NCBI GenBank assembly: GCA_963697165.1
Contig: CAVOMX010000006.1
Coordinates: 1-64,000, forward strand
Direction: 5' to 3'
DNA: 64,000 nt
From: Candidatus Bathyarchaeota archaeon
GTDB taxonomy: Archaea; Thermoproteota; Bathyarchaeia; Bathyarchaeales; Bathyarchaeaceae
Below the pieces are notes generated by a model. The model saw only the letters and a list, made by a program, of their open reading frames with translations. It did no database searches and had not been told where the DNA came from. The position numbers and the translations under genes were made by a program. Below, one piece after another: positions 45,511 to 56,461 of this stretch (positions are counted from its first letter, which is position 1; every line of letters starts with the position of its first letter).

Positions 45511-45527
45511 GGGTTAAATTTTAACCA
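45511..45527. repeat. Palindrome family 1
   Basis: GGGTTAAATTTTAACCA. Confidence 0.8.
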
Positions 45528-45640
45528 AAAAAAAATTACGCTGCTTATGTAACTTGAATTTCAACGGATGAAAAGTAGCATTACAACGAAATTAAAGTGG
45601 AATGAAAAAGAAAAAAAGAGTGTTGTTAGTTTTGTTTTTC

Positions 45641-46486
45641 TTATGATGTTTCTTTTGTCATTTTCTTTGCGAGGTTGTAGATTACGGGAACAAGCATTAT
45701 ACCCATAGCAATTGCGAAAGCCCATGAAATGTTAGCAATTATATTTGTTACTCCCGAGAATGTAGCGAAGATAGCACCTGCACCAATAATTAGGAAAATG
45801 CTGTATAGAACAAATTTTGCGTATCCTGCAACTGGCACAAATTCTTTATGATCATCAGTTATAGATTTTATTAGTCCGTCAGTTAAAGCAATTCCAGCGC
45901 CAATAATTACGAAACCAAGAATCAACGAATAAACAAGGTCTCCTCCTAGTAGCATAATGTCAAGAGCCATCATCAAGATTACAGCGAGTAAGCCAATCTG
46001 TAACAGATTTTTTAGCATATCAGCAATTTCTTCTTTAGCTTCGGTAAAAACAGGTTTTAGCGTATTACCTACTAGAGTCGCCAAGAATCCAACAAGGACT
46101 GTTCCCAAGACGATTATTACGACTCCACCCAATAGCCTAGGTAAGTATGCTGCGATATCCACCAAGAAATTGCCTACTGTTCCGCCAATGTTGAGGATTT
46201 GTATAGCTAGAACTATAGAAATTACTATTATGAAAGCTGTTGTTATGCCGCCAATAAATGATGACAAGTCCATTCCGCTTTTTTTGAAAGATTTTCCAGT
46301 GTCTGTTTCGTCAAAACTCTTCTCAAGACCCATCTTTTCGACAACTTTGTTTACTGTTCTTCCAAGAAATTTTCCAACAACATACCCAATGATAACCACT
46401 ATGATAGCTGCGATTATTGCAGGTAAAGCACTAGTAACATCAGAAAGAAAATCATTTAACATTACTCCAAGATCCACATAAACCAC
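45641..46486 (-). CDS. Conserved TM-helix repeat membrane protein (MscS-associated TM_helix type)
   Basis: LPAIIAAIIVVIIGYVVGK and AYLPRLLGGVVIIVLG repeats. Confidence 0.75.
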   Translation of the reverse strand: MVYVDLGVMLNDFLSDVTSALPAIIAAIIVVIIGYVVGKFLGRTVNKVVEKMGLEKSFDETDTGKSFKKSGMDLSSFIGGITTAFIIVISIVLAIQILNIGGTVGNFLVDIAAYLPRLLGGVVIIVLGTVLVGFLATLVGNTLKPVFTEAKEEIADMLKNLLQIGLLAVILMMALDIMLLGGDLVYSLILGFVIIGAGIALTDGLIKSITDDHKEFVPVAGYAKFVLYSIFLIIGAGAIFATFSGVTNIIANISWAFAIAMGIMLVPVIYNLAKKMTKETS

Positions 46487-46920
46487 CAGTTATTATATCA
46501 AAGGATTTGCTTAAGATACTTGTTATAGCCGACACATGAAATTTAATCCAAATAGCTCGTGCGTTGATTCTCGATGAAAAAGTCAACTCTTTTTTCCATA
46601 AACTGCATCATAAGTTACTTCTGCCCCCAAAGTCACTAGTAACGCAGCAATTACTGTAGCGAGTTCTGGACTAATTATTATCGATATCCCAACCAGTATT
46701 TCCGAGAAAAGAATATTATTCAAATAGTTTTGAATGAAACTCTGGAAAAAAAAGCTATTTTCAATCGATTTTTTTCTACAATGGGTGATGTTGTGATGTT
46801 TTGTGATTTTGTGTTGTGCGTATAAAGAAAGAAAAAAGGATTAGAAAGTAGACAAAAACTAGAGAAAACAGAAAAACGAATGTATACAGACAGGAAACAA
46901 GACAGAAAACAGAGAGATAA

Positions 46921-46937
46921 AGGCTAAAATTTAACCC
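46921..46937. repeat. Palindrome family 1
   Basis: AGGCTAAAATTTAACCC-CAAA. Confidence 0.75.
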
Positions 46938-47094
46938 CAAACATTTTAGAAGCTGCAAACCATTGGTCTTACAATTAACAATCACTCAAGTCTCTAAACA
47001 AAGTGCCTTTGTTATTGTCTTACTACAGCCACATATATTTAAGAGAGCTTGAACCTGTTCAGAGATTGTTTAGGTGTAATATACGAAAGAAAAA

Positions 47095-48171
47095 GTGATC
47101 TTAAGGATGGCGCGGTTTTCAAACTATTTCGTTGAAGAAAAAAAAACTGATTGCTATCAAGAAAAGTTATGGCTGGGGCTGAGGATCTATCGTGGACTAT
47201 TATTAAACTTGTTTGGAAGAAGGATTCCGCTGTTTTGTGGGCACAAATTAACCTATAAATGTAATCTTCAATGCAAGATGTGTCCTTTCTGGCAAAGACC
47301 CAGCGGAGATTCTAGTATAGAGCAGGAAAAAGCGATTCTAAGGCAAATCTATGCTTCAGGTGCTTGTGGGATCGCGTTTGAAGGCGGAGAGCCTCTTCTG
47401 AGAAAGGATTTGGCGGAAATTCTTGCTTTTTCTCGGTCGTTGCCTTTGCACACAAGCCTTGTCACTAATGGAACTCTCCTCGAATCCAGAATAGACGAGA
47501 TAGCCCCATTCATAAACGGCGCTGTCTACGTTTCGTTAGACGGTCTAGAAAAAACGCATGACACGATTAGAGGCGTTAGTGGTTGTTTTAGAAAAGCGGT
47601 AAGAGGCATAATGGCGTCCAGAGAGAAGGTCTCAGTGACAATCAACACGACGATAATGGCTGAGAATATCCACGAGATTGAAGATTTGGTGAAGTTGGCA
47701 AATGAATTGGATACAGTAATATCGGTGGCTGTAGCGCATGAGTACGGTCAAGCCAAGGCTTCCGCAGCTGCCAGTCGCGAAATCAGAGAAATAGCTGGAA
47801 AACTTGCCAAGATGAAAAAGAGTGGGTATCCCATTATTAATTCACCCAGTTATTTTAAAGTCATTGCTAAAGAGAAAAACTGGACCTGTAAACCTTGGGT
47901 ATCAGTTAATGTTAGTCCAGAGGGCAATTTGGTCCTGCCCTGTTATGTTCGGAATGAATACGCGAGTAGCGTTTCGGTTTTTGAAACCGATATCAAAACT
48001 GCAATCTCTGGATTTGACTGGAAGGAAACACAGAACTGCCAAAACTGCAGTCTCCATTGTTATGTAGAGCCTTCTCTGGTACTTTCAGGGGATTTTCGAA
48101 CTTTCCTGAATTGGGTGGCTCAAATTAGCGGGCTCAACTCTAAAAAAGTAAGAGCTAAAAAAGTCGTTTAA
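47095..48171 (+). CDS. Radical SAM protein (PTO1314-like) with SPASM/twitch tail
   Basis: GHKLTYKCNLQCKMCPFW, EGGEP, W.CKP..PCY, CQNCSLHCYVEPS; true start probably near 47151. Confidence 0.88.
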   Translation: MILRMARFSNYFVEEKKTDCYQEKLWLGLRIYRGLLLNLFGRRIPLFCGHKLTYKCNLQCKMCPFWQRPSGDSSIEQEKAILRQIYASGACGIAFEGGEPLLRKDLAEILAFSRSLPLHTSLVTNGTLLESRIDEIAPFINGAVYVSLDGLEKTHDTIRGVSGCFRKAVRGIMASREKVSVTINTTIMAENIHEIEDLVKLANELDTVISVAVAHEYGQAKASAAASREIREIAGKLAKMKKSGYPIINSPSYFKVIAKEKNWTCKPWVSVNVSPEGNLVLPCYVRNEYASSVSVFETDIKTAISGFDWKETQNCQNCSLHCYVEPSLVLSGDFRTFLNWVAQISGLNSKKVRAKKVV

Positions 48172-48207
48172 CTTGAATCAAATATATTTTACTGGTAAAT
48201 TAGGCTG

Positions 48208-48228
48208 CGAATCCCACTCCCCACACCA
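48208..48228 (+). other. Possible tRNA 3'-end remnant (att-like)
   Basis: CGAATCCCACTCCCCACACCA resembles a T-arm 3' half + acceptor + CCA; no 5' half upstream. Confidence 0.4.
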
Positions 48229-48327
48229 TTATTTGATGCAGTTTTTAGTAATCTTTAAATCGTGTCGTCTTTTTTTTCGACCTTGATTAGCGATGGATGT
48301 TGTTACGGCTGTTCTTGTTTGGGTTTG

Positions 48328-48344
48328 GGGTTAAAATTTAACCC
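48328..48344. repeat. Palindrome family 1
   Basis: GGGTTAAAATTTAACCC preceded by GTTTGGGTTTG. Confidence 0.85.
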
Positions 48345-48574
48345 CCCCTTGACGGAACGACGGACGATCTGAACGACGGCGTCCAACGTGGGCGACGAAC
48401 GACGGACCAAACGACGACGGACGGGATGTAACTGTATACACGGTTTAGGTACTACCTGTTACCTATTTCCTTTGGACTGGGACTAATTCTGGTTCGCATA
48501 TTATGAAACAAATAATGAAAAAATAACTATACTAAAAAGCTTTAAATCGGCCTATAAAATATTAGAAGTAGAAA

Positions 48575-51539
48575 ATGTGGAGACAAAAATTGTTTAAAAA
48601 AGTTTGTTTTCTAATTTTGCTGATGCTAGTCTTCTCTCTCTTTATTTCTTCTGCTTTTAGCCAAACCGATAATCAGGTTCCTGTTGCTGATGCAGGTGGT
48701 CCATATTCTGAGATCGAAGGAGCGGTTGTTAGTTTTGATGGTACTGGATCTTACGATCCTGACGGAAATGTGACTTCTTATTATTGGATTTTTGGTGATG
48801 GAGAAAACGGTTCAGGAGAAACAGTTGCTCATACATACAGCCAAGAAGGAAATTATAATGTTACTTTGACTGTCTACGATGATAATTTCGATTACAGTAC
48901 AGATACAACATTTAGTAAATATCGAGGACGTCGATCCTATAGCCAATTTTTCTGCTTTTCCCACTTCTGGAAATGCACCATTAAATGTAACATTTTATGA
49001 CCAAAGTAGTTCATATGACGGATTAATTTCTTGGGAATGGAAACTTGATAACGGTCAAATTTCTTACGATCAAAATCCTGTCTTCACTTATGATAGAAAA
49101 GGAAAATATACTATAGAATTAAAAATAACGGAATCTGATGGTGATGAGGACACTTTTAGTATAAATGATTATATTGAAGTTTTTGTTCCAAATCAGGTTC
49201 CTGTTGCTGATGCAGGTGGTCCATATTCTGAGATCGAAGGAGCGGTTGTTAGTTTTGATGGTACTGGATCTTACGATCCTGACGGAAATGTGACTTCTTA
49301 TTATTGGATTTTTGGTGATGGAGAAAACGGTTCAGGAGAAACAGTTGCTCATACATACAGCCAAGAAGGAAATTATAATGTTACTTTGACTGTCTACGAT
49401 GATAATTTCGATTACAGTACAGATACAACATTAGTAAATATCGAGGACGTCGATCCTATAGCCAATTTTTCTGCTTTTCCCACTTCTGGAAATGCACCAT
49501 TAAATGTAACATTTTATGACGAATCTTTATCTTATGATGGCGTGGTCTATTGGTTCTGGGACTTTGGGGATGGGACAACTAGCGAAGAGCCAAACCCTAG
49601 TCATGTTTACACGGAAGGAGTTTACACAGTAAATTTGACTGTAGAAGAAATTGATGGAGATTTCTATAATTATTCAATGCCGGACTTAATTAACGTAGGG
49701 CCTCGTCCTAATGCTTCTCCAGTAGCCAATTTTATTATCGAATCAGTTAATCCAAAAATAAATGAACAAATAGTCTTTACAGACACTTCAACTGACTCAG
49801 ATGGTTCAATCACATTCTGGTATTGGAACTTTGGAGATCAAACAACTTTAACTATAAGAAATCCTATGCACCAATACCAAAACCCCGGTGTTTATAATGT
49901 AACGCTTACAGTAACAGATGATGATGGAGCAAATCAAAACACAACACAGCAAATATCAATATCTGAAAACACTCCACCAATAACTTCTCATGATTATGAT
50001 GGATTGTGGCATAACACTACTTTTACAATAAATTTGAAAGCAACTGACATCCACAACAGTATACTTGAAACATTTTATAGAATAAATGACGGTCAATTGA
50101 AAAAAGTAAGTGTTGATGGTCAACCCCAGATAACCCTAGATGGTTCAAACAATAAACTTGAGTTCTGGAGTGTTGATATCTTGGGAAACGATGAAATACA
50201 TAAAACAATTTCAAACATAAAACTTGATAAAACACCTCCAGTTGCCGATGCAGGGCAAGATGTTTCAGTTAATGAGGATGCTATCATAACCTTAGATGGA
50301 AGTAATTCTCATGACAACTTGGGAATTAACAACTACACTTGGATTCTTAATGATGAAACTCTTCAACAACTAAATTCAGTTACTCCTCAATACATTTTTC
50401 ATACACCAGGAGTTTATATTGTGGAATTAATTATCGCTGATTTTGCTAACAATTTAGCACTTGATGCCATTAAAATAAACGTCATGGATACCACTGACCC
50501 AATCGCTAATGCAGGTAATTATTCAGTAGTCAACCAAGGAGAAACATTGACATTTGATGGATCAAAATCAACAGACAATGTTAAAATAACTAATTTTGTC
50601 TGGAGTATTAATGATGAGACACCCCAAATAGTAGAAGAAGTAAATGCAACACACACATTTAGATTTCCAGGGGTTTATGAAATCAATTTAACAGTTTTTG
50701 ATGAACAAGGCAATTTTGGTACAGACAATATTTTTGTTACAGTAATAGACAATACTTGGCCAGTGGCAAATGCGGGTCTTGACCAAAATGTTGAGGAAGA
50801 TACATTGGTATATTTAGATGGTTCAGCCTCTTTTGATAATGTTGGAGTTGTAAGTTATCTTTGGTCTTTCATCGATGGTGAAGTTCAATCCTTGAATGGA
50901 ATTACTTCCAGTTATTCTTTTGAAACCCCAGGAACATTCGAGATCACTCTAACTGTTTCAGATACAGAAGGTCATTCTGCTAACGATACTGTTATTGTAG
51001 TTGTTAGAGATATTACTGCTCCAAAAATTGAATTTACGGAATTTAATAAAATAATCGAAGGAATTCCCACAACTTTTGATGCTAGCAAATCATATGATAC
51101 ATCTGGCATCGATAGTTTTTATTGGATTTTTGGGGATGGAAATGTAGAAAACGGTTCTGATTCTTCAGTTTCCCATGTTTATAATGAATCTGGCACATAC
51201 AGTTTGAAGTTGTTTGTAACTGATAAAGCTGGAAATGTTAACTCTGGCGCGATTTCCGTTAACGTTTACTCGGATCCTAACAATTATCCTTCATCCGAAA
51301 CAAGACGAAGTAAATCCTGAACCGGAAAATCCAAAACCCTTAGATGCTGACATCAATCCAGATGATGGAGGGCTGAATGAACCAGAAGAATACGAGAATA
51401 AATATAAATTCTGAAGATAATGATTCCTCTAGGTTTTATTTTAGCAGATATTTTGACAATAATAATAATTGTATTACTAGTGGGGTATGTACTGTACACA
51501 AAACGGCAAGTGCTTATTGATAAAATTAATGAGTATTAA
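48575..51539 (+). CDS. Multi-PKD domain cell-surface protein with C-terminal TM anchor (frameshifted)
   Basis: Repeated PVADAG, W.FGDG, Y...G.Y.V.LTV; signal peptide; TM ILTIIIIVLLVGYVLY-TKR before the stop at 51539. Confidence 0.88.
48671..49520 (+). repeat. Near-perfect 330-bp internal duplication in the PKD gene
   Basis: 48671-49001 matches 49191-49520 except for one extra T at about 48912. Confidence 0.9.
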
Positions 51540-51769
51540 GCTACCTTTTTATAAATTTTAAAGATGGAAAAAACATCTATAAGAAAAAAGACCGAAAAAC
51601 ACAGAATTTAACATTAGTTTTCATCGTTTATATAAGAAAATGGACAACCAAAAAAACAAAAAAGAAACGAATGTAGAGAAGTTTTCTAGACTATTCTACT
51701 GTTTTGTTTCTCACGTTATGTTTTCGTTGAAAGAAACTAAATTATTTCACCGCAAGGCATTATTAAAAA

Positions 51770-51810
51770 ATGTTAAAATTTAACCCTTAAAAAAGAAGGA
51801 TGTTGCGGGA
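51770..51810 (-). repeat. Composite repeat: family 1 palindrome + partial family 2
   Basis: ATGTTAAAATTTAACCC-TT-AAAAAAGAAGGATGTTGCGGGA. Confidence 0.7.
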
Positions 51811-51960
51811 ATTTTTTCGGAATCCTTTCTTGACTCAAGTTCAAATGTAAGACATTGTATTCCGCTGCAAACGTCTAACTTATTTACAATAGTGTGTCTT
51901 CAAATCTGGGCGATGCGGGCGCTAATCTATTCTTAAATTTTTGGAGGGGGGAAGTAAAAA

Positions 51961-52164
51961 ATGGGGGGATGTTACGGGACTGAAGTTGTGATGGAATATA
52001 GACTTATTCGAAAATTTGAGAAAGCCGGAGCAACTTCGAAAGAAAGAGCTGTAACCTTTGATGAAGCAAAGTTAGACATTATGGAACAGTATTGGCTAGA
52101 TTATTTTGCAGGAGTTTTTCTTGGCAAAATAAAAAAGACAAAAAATCATCTATACTACATTTAA
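51961..52164 (+). CDS. Small hypothetical protein (possible winged helix)
   Basis: GGAGG RBS; 67-aa ORF. Confidence 0.6.
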   Translation: MGGCYGTEVVMEYRLIRKFEKAGATSKERAVTFDEAKLDIMEQYWLDYFAGVFLGKIKKTKNHLYYI

Positions 52165-52309
52165 TATTGGTTCATCAATTTCTTCATTCAGCGGCTCTGG
52201 GCGTATAATTTCTTTTAGGGGGTGAGAGAGCAGGCGCGCGAGCGGGCGGGCGTAACCACACACGTACACGCGTACACATTCGTAAATACGAACACGAATG
52301 TGTGTGTTG

Positions 52310-52326
52310 GGGCTAAATTTTAACCT
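52310..52326. repeat. Palindrome family 1
   Basis: GGGCTAAATTTTAACCT between convergent genes. Confidence 0.75.
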
Positions 52327-52498
52327 CAAATCAAAGCGCACCCCTGTACACGAATCTACGTATCTTTTTCCCTCTTTCTAACTTTCTAGAAAACATTAAC
52401 ATTGGCTTAATTTTTTTGTTTCTTTACTTCCGATTTCTCTTTGAAGTCTATTTGATAAGAAAAGAGTTGTAAGCGTATGCATGCGGTTTCCAACACGC

Positions 52499-53059
52499 TT
52501 AGTCATATGATATCAATTCTTTTTCCTCAACTTGTTTATGAAGTTTAGCGATAGCTTTGTAAACGTTTTCCTCTTTTGTGGCTCCTGTGCAAACAATTTT
52601 CCCGCTTGCGAAGATAAGAATCACAACTTTTGGTTCATCCATTCTGTAAATGAGACCCGGAAACTGTTCGGGTTCATACATGGTTCTTTCGAGACTATAA
52701 GTAGCTTCTTCAAGCTCTATTCTCCCTAAAAGGTCCGCTGAGGCAACCATGTTCACTATTTTGATTTCGGGTTTTCCAGGTATGATTATTCCGCTTTTTT
52801 TCAGTTCTTTTACAACTTTCAGAACAGCTTTTTTTGATTCATTTTCAGACTTGGCTCCGGTGCAAACCATCTTCCCCGTACTGAAGATTAGGATGGCGGT
52901 CTTAGGCTTTTTTAGTCTGAAAACTAGACCTGGAAACCTTTCTGGACGATACTCAACTCCAGGATTCCCCTTAACAATCGCATTCAAGTCAAACCTTTGA
53001 TTTAACGTTACAGATGCCACAACATTTTCGATCCTGATAGAATCTTCAACAGTAGTCAT
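52499..53059 (-). CDS. tbp: TATA-box-binding protein
   Basis: IENVVAS, YRPERFPGL, LIFSTGKMVCTGAK, repeated as YEPEQFPGL..LIFASGKIVCTGA. Confidence 0.96.
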   Translation of the reverse strand: MTTVEDSIRIENVVASVTLNQRFDLNAIVKGNPGVEYRPERFPGLVFRLKKPKTAILIFSTGKMVCTGAKSENESKKAVLKVVKELKKSGIIIPGKPEIKIVNMVASADLLGRIELEEATYSLERTMYEPEQFPGLIYRMDEPKVVILIFASGKIVCTGATKEENVYKAIAKLHKQVEEKELISYD

Positions 53060-53160
53060 TCATATCCCCATCATAGACATCATATTTTTTGCTTCTGTTA
53101 AGCCTTTTGACCCAAAGTTCTGTCTCATATACTGAGAGAACCGGAAAAAATTCCTATGAG

Positions 53161-53177
53161 ATGTTAAATTTTAACCC
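53161..53177. repeat. Palindrome family 1
   Basis: ATGTTAAATTTTAACCC-CAAATCC. Confidence 0.8.
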
Positions 53178-53243
53178 CAAATCCAGAGTAATTTAACTTT
53201 GTGGCAACAACAGTCCCTTTATGCTAAATTAAATTTTAGTCAG

Positions 53244-54233
53244 TTACACTCGAAGGCGGTTTATATCTTCATCACTAGCGGCAGTAGATCTAATGATTGT
53301 TACATTTCCAGCTAGTACCCGTTGTACATTCACTTCCTCACAATTTTCAACATCCGAATACCTTATTGTTATCTCAGCTGCTTTCTTTGTAACCTTACCA
53401 GAACAATTTTCTTCCAGTAATGTAATTGGACCCATGTAATCAACAACTTCAAGGTGTGGTAGTTGTTTTCGATTGCTAATCATTAAAAGAGACTGGTTTT
53501 CTTTCTCATTTCTCCCTACAATAATTTTTTTTCCATCAAATCGAAAATGTCTCCCTATTTTCAAAAGATTAACATCATCTATTTTTAGGTCTTTTTTGTA
53601 TTTTAATAAATCCTTTAGTCTTTCAGCAAACTTAGGGTCGGTTAGTAAACATCCACCTGATGGACATGGGTAGTCTTTTACGCCCCATTTGTTAGCTAAA
53701 TCCATTTGTGGCAATCGTCTTCGCCCTTGAATTGAATGCAGCTTCTCCCTATTCACTTGCCCGCTTTTTTCTATCTCTGTTTCAGGTAGAAGTTTTGCAG
53801 ATAAAGGTCTCAGAATCATTCCTTCCATTTCGGCCTTCCTTTCAATAAGATCCATTGCCCTTTTGGTTTGAGAGAATGGTCTTTGATCCAAAACCTCCCC
53901 GGTTACAACGCATTTAGCTCCCAGTTTTTGGGCTAATTCTTTAGCTTTTCTCATCATCATAATTCTACAATCTATACACGGATTCATTTGACTGCCATAT
54001 CCACGAGGAGGATTAGCAATTAAATCCAAATATTCTTGACCCAATATGACTGTATGCGCCTTAATTCCAAAAGTCTTGACTACCGATCCTGCAGAACATT
54101 TATCACAAAGACAAAAAGGGGTAGTAAAAATTGCTGCTTCTACATCTAGGTCTTGATCAATCATTGCTTTAACGGCCAATGTACTGTCTAAACCTCCAGA
54201 AAGTAGAACTAACACTTTGGATTTTTCATTCAT
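53244..54233 (-). CDS. PP-loop ThiI/MnmA-like putative tRNA sulfur-modification protein
   Basis: SGGLDS, NPCIDCR, TGEVLDQRPFSQ, LRPLSA, GGCLLTD, GRHFR, GRNEKEN. Confidence 0.8.
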   Translation of the reverse strand: MNEKSKVLVLLSGGLDSTLAVKAMIDQDLDVEAAIFTTPFCLCDKCSAGSVVKTFGIKAHTVILGQEYLDLIANPPRGYGSQMNPCIDCRIMMMRKAKELAQKLGAKCVVTGEVLDQRPFSQTKRAMDLIERKAEMEGMILRPLSAKLLPETEIEKSGQVNREKLHSIQGRRRLPQMDLANKWGVKDYPCPSGGCLLTDPKFAERLKDLLKYKKDLKIDDVNLLKIGRHFRFDGKKIIVGRNEKENQSLLMISNRKQLPHLEVVDYMGPITLLEENCSGKVTKKAAEITIRYSDVENCEEVNVQRVLAGNVTIIRSTAASDEDINRLRV

Positions 54234-54409
54234 TATATTATCACCAATTAAATATTAACTGATAATTTGGTCAGAATTTGTTCAGTAAAATCTTATTTAT
54301 AGAATTCATGAAGACACCAATTCAATATTCGTCAGTTATAACGAAACAGAATGATGATATAACACCGTTATATATTTTTTCTTTTAAAGGCATAGATGTT
54401 TCAACAGAG

Positions 54410-54426
54410 ATGTTAAATTTTAGCCA
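54410..54426. repeat. Palindrome family 1 (degenerate)
   Basis: ATGTTAAATTTTAGCCA-CCAAATTCAAATCCAAAACC. Confidence 0.65.
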
Positions 54427-54623
54427 CCAAATTCAAATCCAAAACCAAACACACACTATAGACAGCTATTACAATTAGCCATTGCTAATTGTGGAAAAAC
54501 AATAATTTAAAATAATAATACTTCATTGCTAAAAACAGTCTTTTTTCCAGAAAAACAGCGAACCTTAAAGGTTAATAGAAAACTTGACCACCTAACTAGT
54601 ATTCACTTTGGGAGCGGACATTA

Positions 54624-55334
54624 ATGAAGACTCAGTCTGGCTGGAGAGCATCAATAGCGATCGTTTGTTATGTCTCTTTGATTGTTGGAATTTTTTTTGG
54701 AAGCATAATAGTTGCACTAATAGTTTTTTGCTTGGGCATTGACTTTCAAGAATTATCTTTTCCAGCATCCCTAATATCCCTACCCATCACTGAAGGATTA
54801 ATCTTAGGAATCACGTTTTTTTTTGCTAAACATAAAGGTGCAAATTTACAAAAATTGGGATTAAAAAAGCCCCGCCTTAAAACAATATTGATTGTTTCAG
54901 TTGTTGCTCTGCTTCTTATTCTGCTTGCTGGAACCATCTCTGTCTTTGAAGAGGTTGTTCTGGGTCCAGACCCTATGGCTGAAGACCTCTTGACTGTTCT
55001 GTTGCCTCGAGATTCATTTCAACTGGTTGCTCTGGTCGGAATTTCAATATTTCTGGTTGGTCCCGCTGAAGAGTTAGCATTTAGGGGCTTCATCCAGCGG
55101 GGGTTTGAGAACTCGTTTGGCAAGATGAGTGGTCTGCTGATTGCCTCCCTACTGTTTGGGCTCTTGCATGGTCTCAATTCTCTGCGTGCCATCATTCCCG
55201 TTACTGTGATCAGCCTGATTTTGGGTTATGTCTGGCAAAAAACTGATGGCAACACCACAGCTTGTGCTTGGATGCATGGACTATACGACGCAGTAACCAT
55301 AACCTTGGCATATCTTGCTTCCGTTTACGTCTAA
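54624..55334 (+). CDS. CPBP/CAAX-family intramembrane glutamic endopeptidase
   Basis: GPAEELAFRG, FGLLH, HGLYD. Confidence 0.9.
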   Translation: MKTQSGWRASIAIVCYVSLIVGIFFGSIIVALIVFCLGIDFQELSFPASLISLPITEGLILGITFFFAKHKGANLQKLGLKKPRLKTILIVSVVALLLILLAGTISVFEEVVLGPDPMAEDLLTVLLPRDSFQLVALVGISIFLVGPAEELAFRGFIQRGFENSFGKMSGLLIASLLFGLLHGLNSLRAIIPVTVISLILGYVWQKTDGNTTACAWMHGLYDAVTITLAYLASVYV

Positions 55335-55396
55335 ATCACGTGACATCTAGCCTTCTTCGATCAATATAATAACCCGTTATCAAGAATAATGAGGTT

Positions 55397-56447
55397 ATGC
55401 GAGGTTTCAGGGATCGCGATTTTATTCAAACCAGCGAAGGACTCTTTTTTTGTGTAGTTGGGCCACTACATCCGCCGAAGCGGGTCATCTCCTACATTAA
55501 GTACGTTCCATCAGAGTCCGGAGTTTGGGGAAGCGGAGAAAACAAATTCAGCAGAATATTACAGAAATACACGATTCCTAATCTGTTGGAAACATTCAAT
55601 TTTCTTGAGCAAAACTATCCGTATTACCTGTTCCATTCTCCTGTATACAACATAACTATAACCGCTGTTCCTTACGAATGCATAAAGGAGACATTTCAAG
55701 CCAGAACAAAAGTTGGCTCAACTGAGGCAGGCTCAGCAACTGGATTCGTTACAAGAGAAGCTGATCCGTTTCACAATGTTTTTAGAGGAAATAAGTGGTG
55801 TTCCCGCAGCGTCTTTTGGTGTGACAGGTTCTCTTCTTCTTGATATTCATCAACCAGTATTTTCGGACCTTGACATAACGGTGTATGGCGTAGATGACAG
55901 TTGGACTCTGCATAAAGCATTGACTGAAAATCGAGGTTCTGACTTGCCCATGAAACGTCTCAAAGGAAAATCTCTGGAAGACTGGTGCCTCAAGAAGGCT
56001 GAGCAGTATCCGTTGTCTCCCGCGGAAGCATCAAAAATTTACCATCGGAAGTGGAACCTAGGAGTTTTTGAAGACCGCTGGGTTTCTATACATCCTGTTT
56101 ATCTTGAAAGCAATGTTACAGAAGAATACGACCAAAATTCTTACATTCCGTGTGATCAAGTAACAATACAAGCTGTTATAGGCGACAATACAGGTTCCCT
56201 TTTTCTTCCCGCGACATATAAGATTGAAGACGTGAAGTTTCTGGTTGGTCAGCATTTAGATAATGTTACTGAGGTGGTTTCTTACGAGAGCCTCTATGAT
56301 AGTCTAGCTGAAAACGGCGAAACCATCCAAGCTAAAGGCAAACTTGAGAACGTGTCATTGAAAAAGGAACCAAACTAGAGCATTACCGTGTTCTGATAGG
56401 TTCAGCCTGAAGGCAAAGGCAAGGAATACATAAAATTGGTGGATTAA
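55397..56447 (+). CDS. Third COG1665-like nucleotidyltransferase (frameshifted)
   Basis: FRDRDFIQT.EGLFFCVVG..HP..YIKY; GVTGSLLL..SDLDI.VYG. Confidence 0.78.
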
Positions 56448-56461
56448 CCAAAAAAGGGTGG

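Noticed and set aside
9195..47124. Shared 15-mer GCGCGGTTTTCAAAC at 9202 and 47110
   Set aside because: Only two copies with no common context; may be chance.
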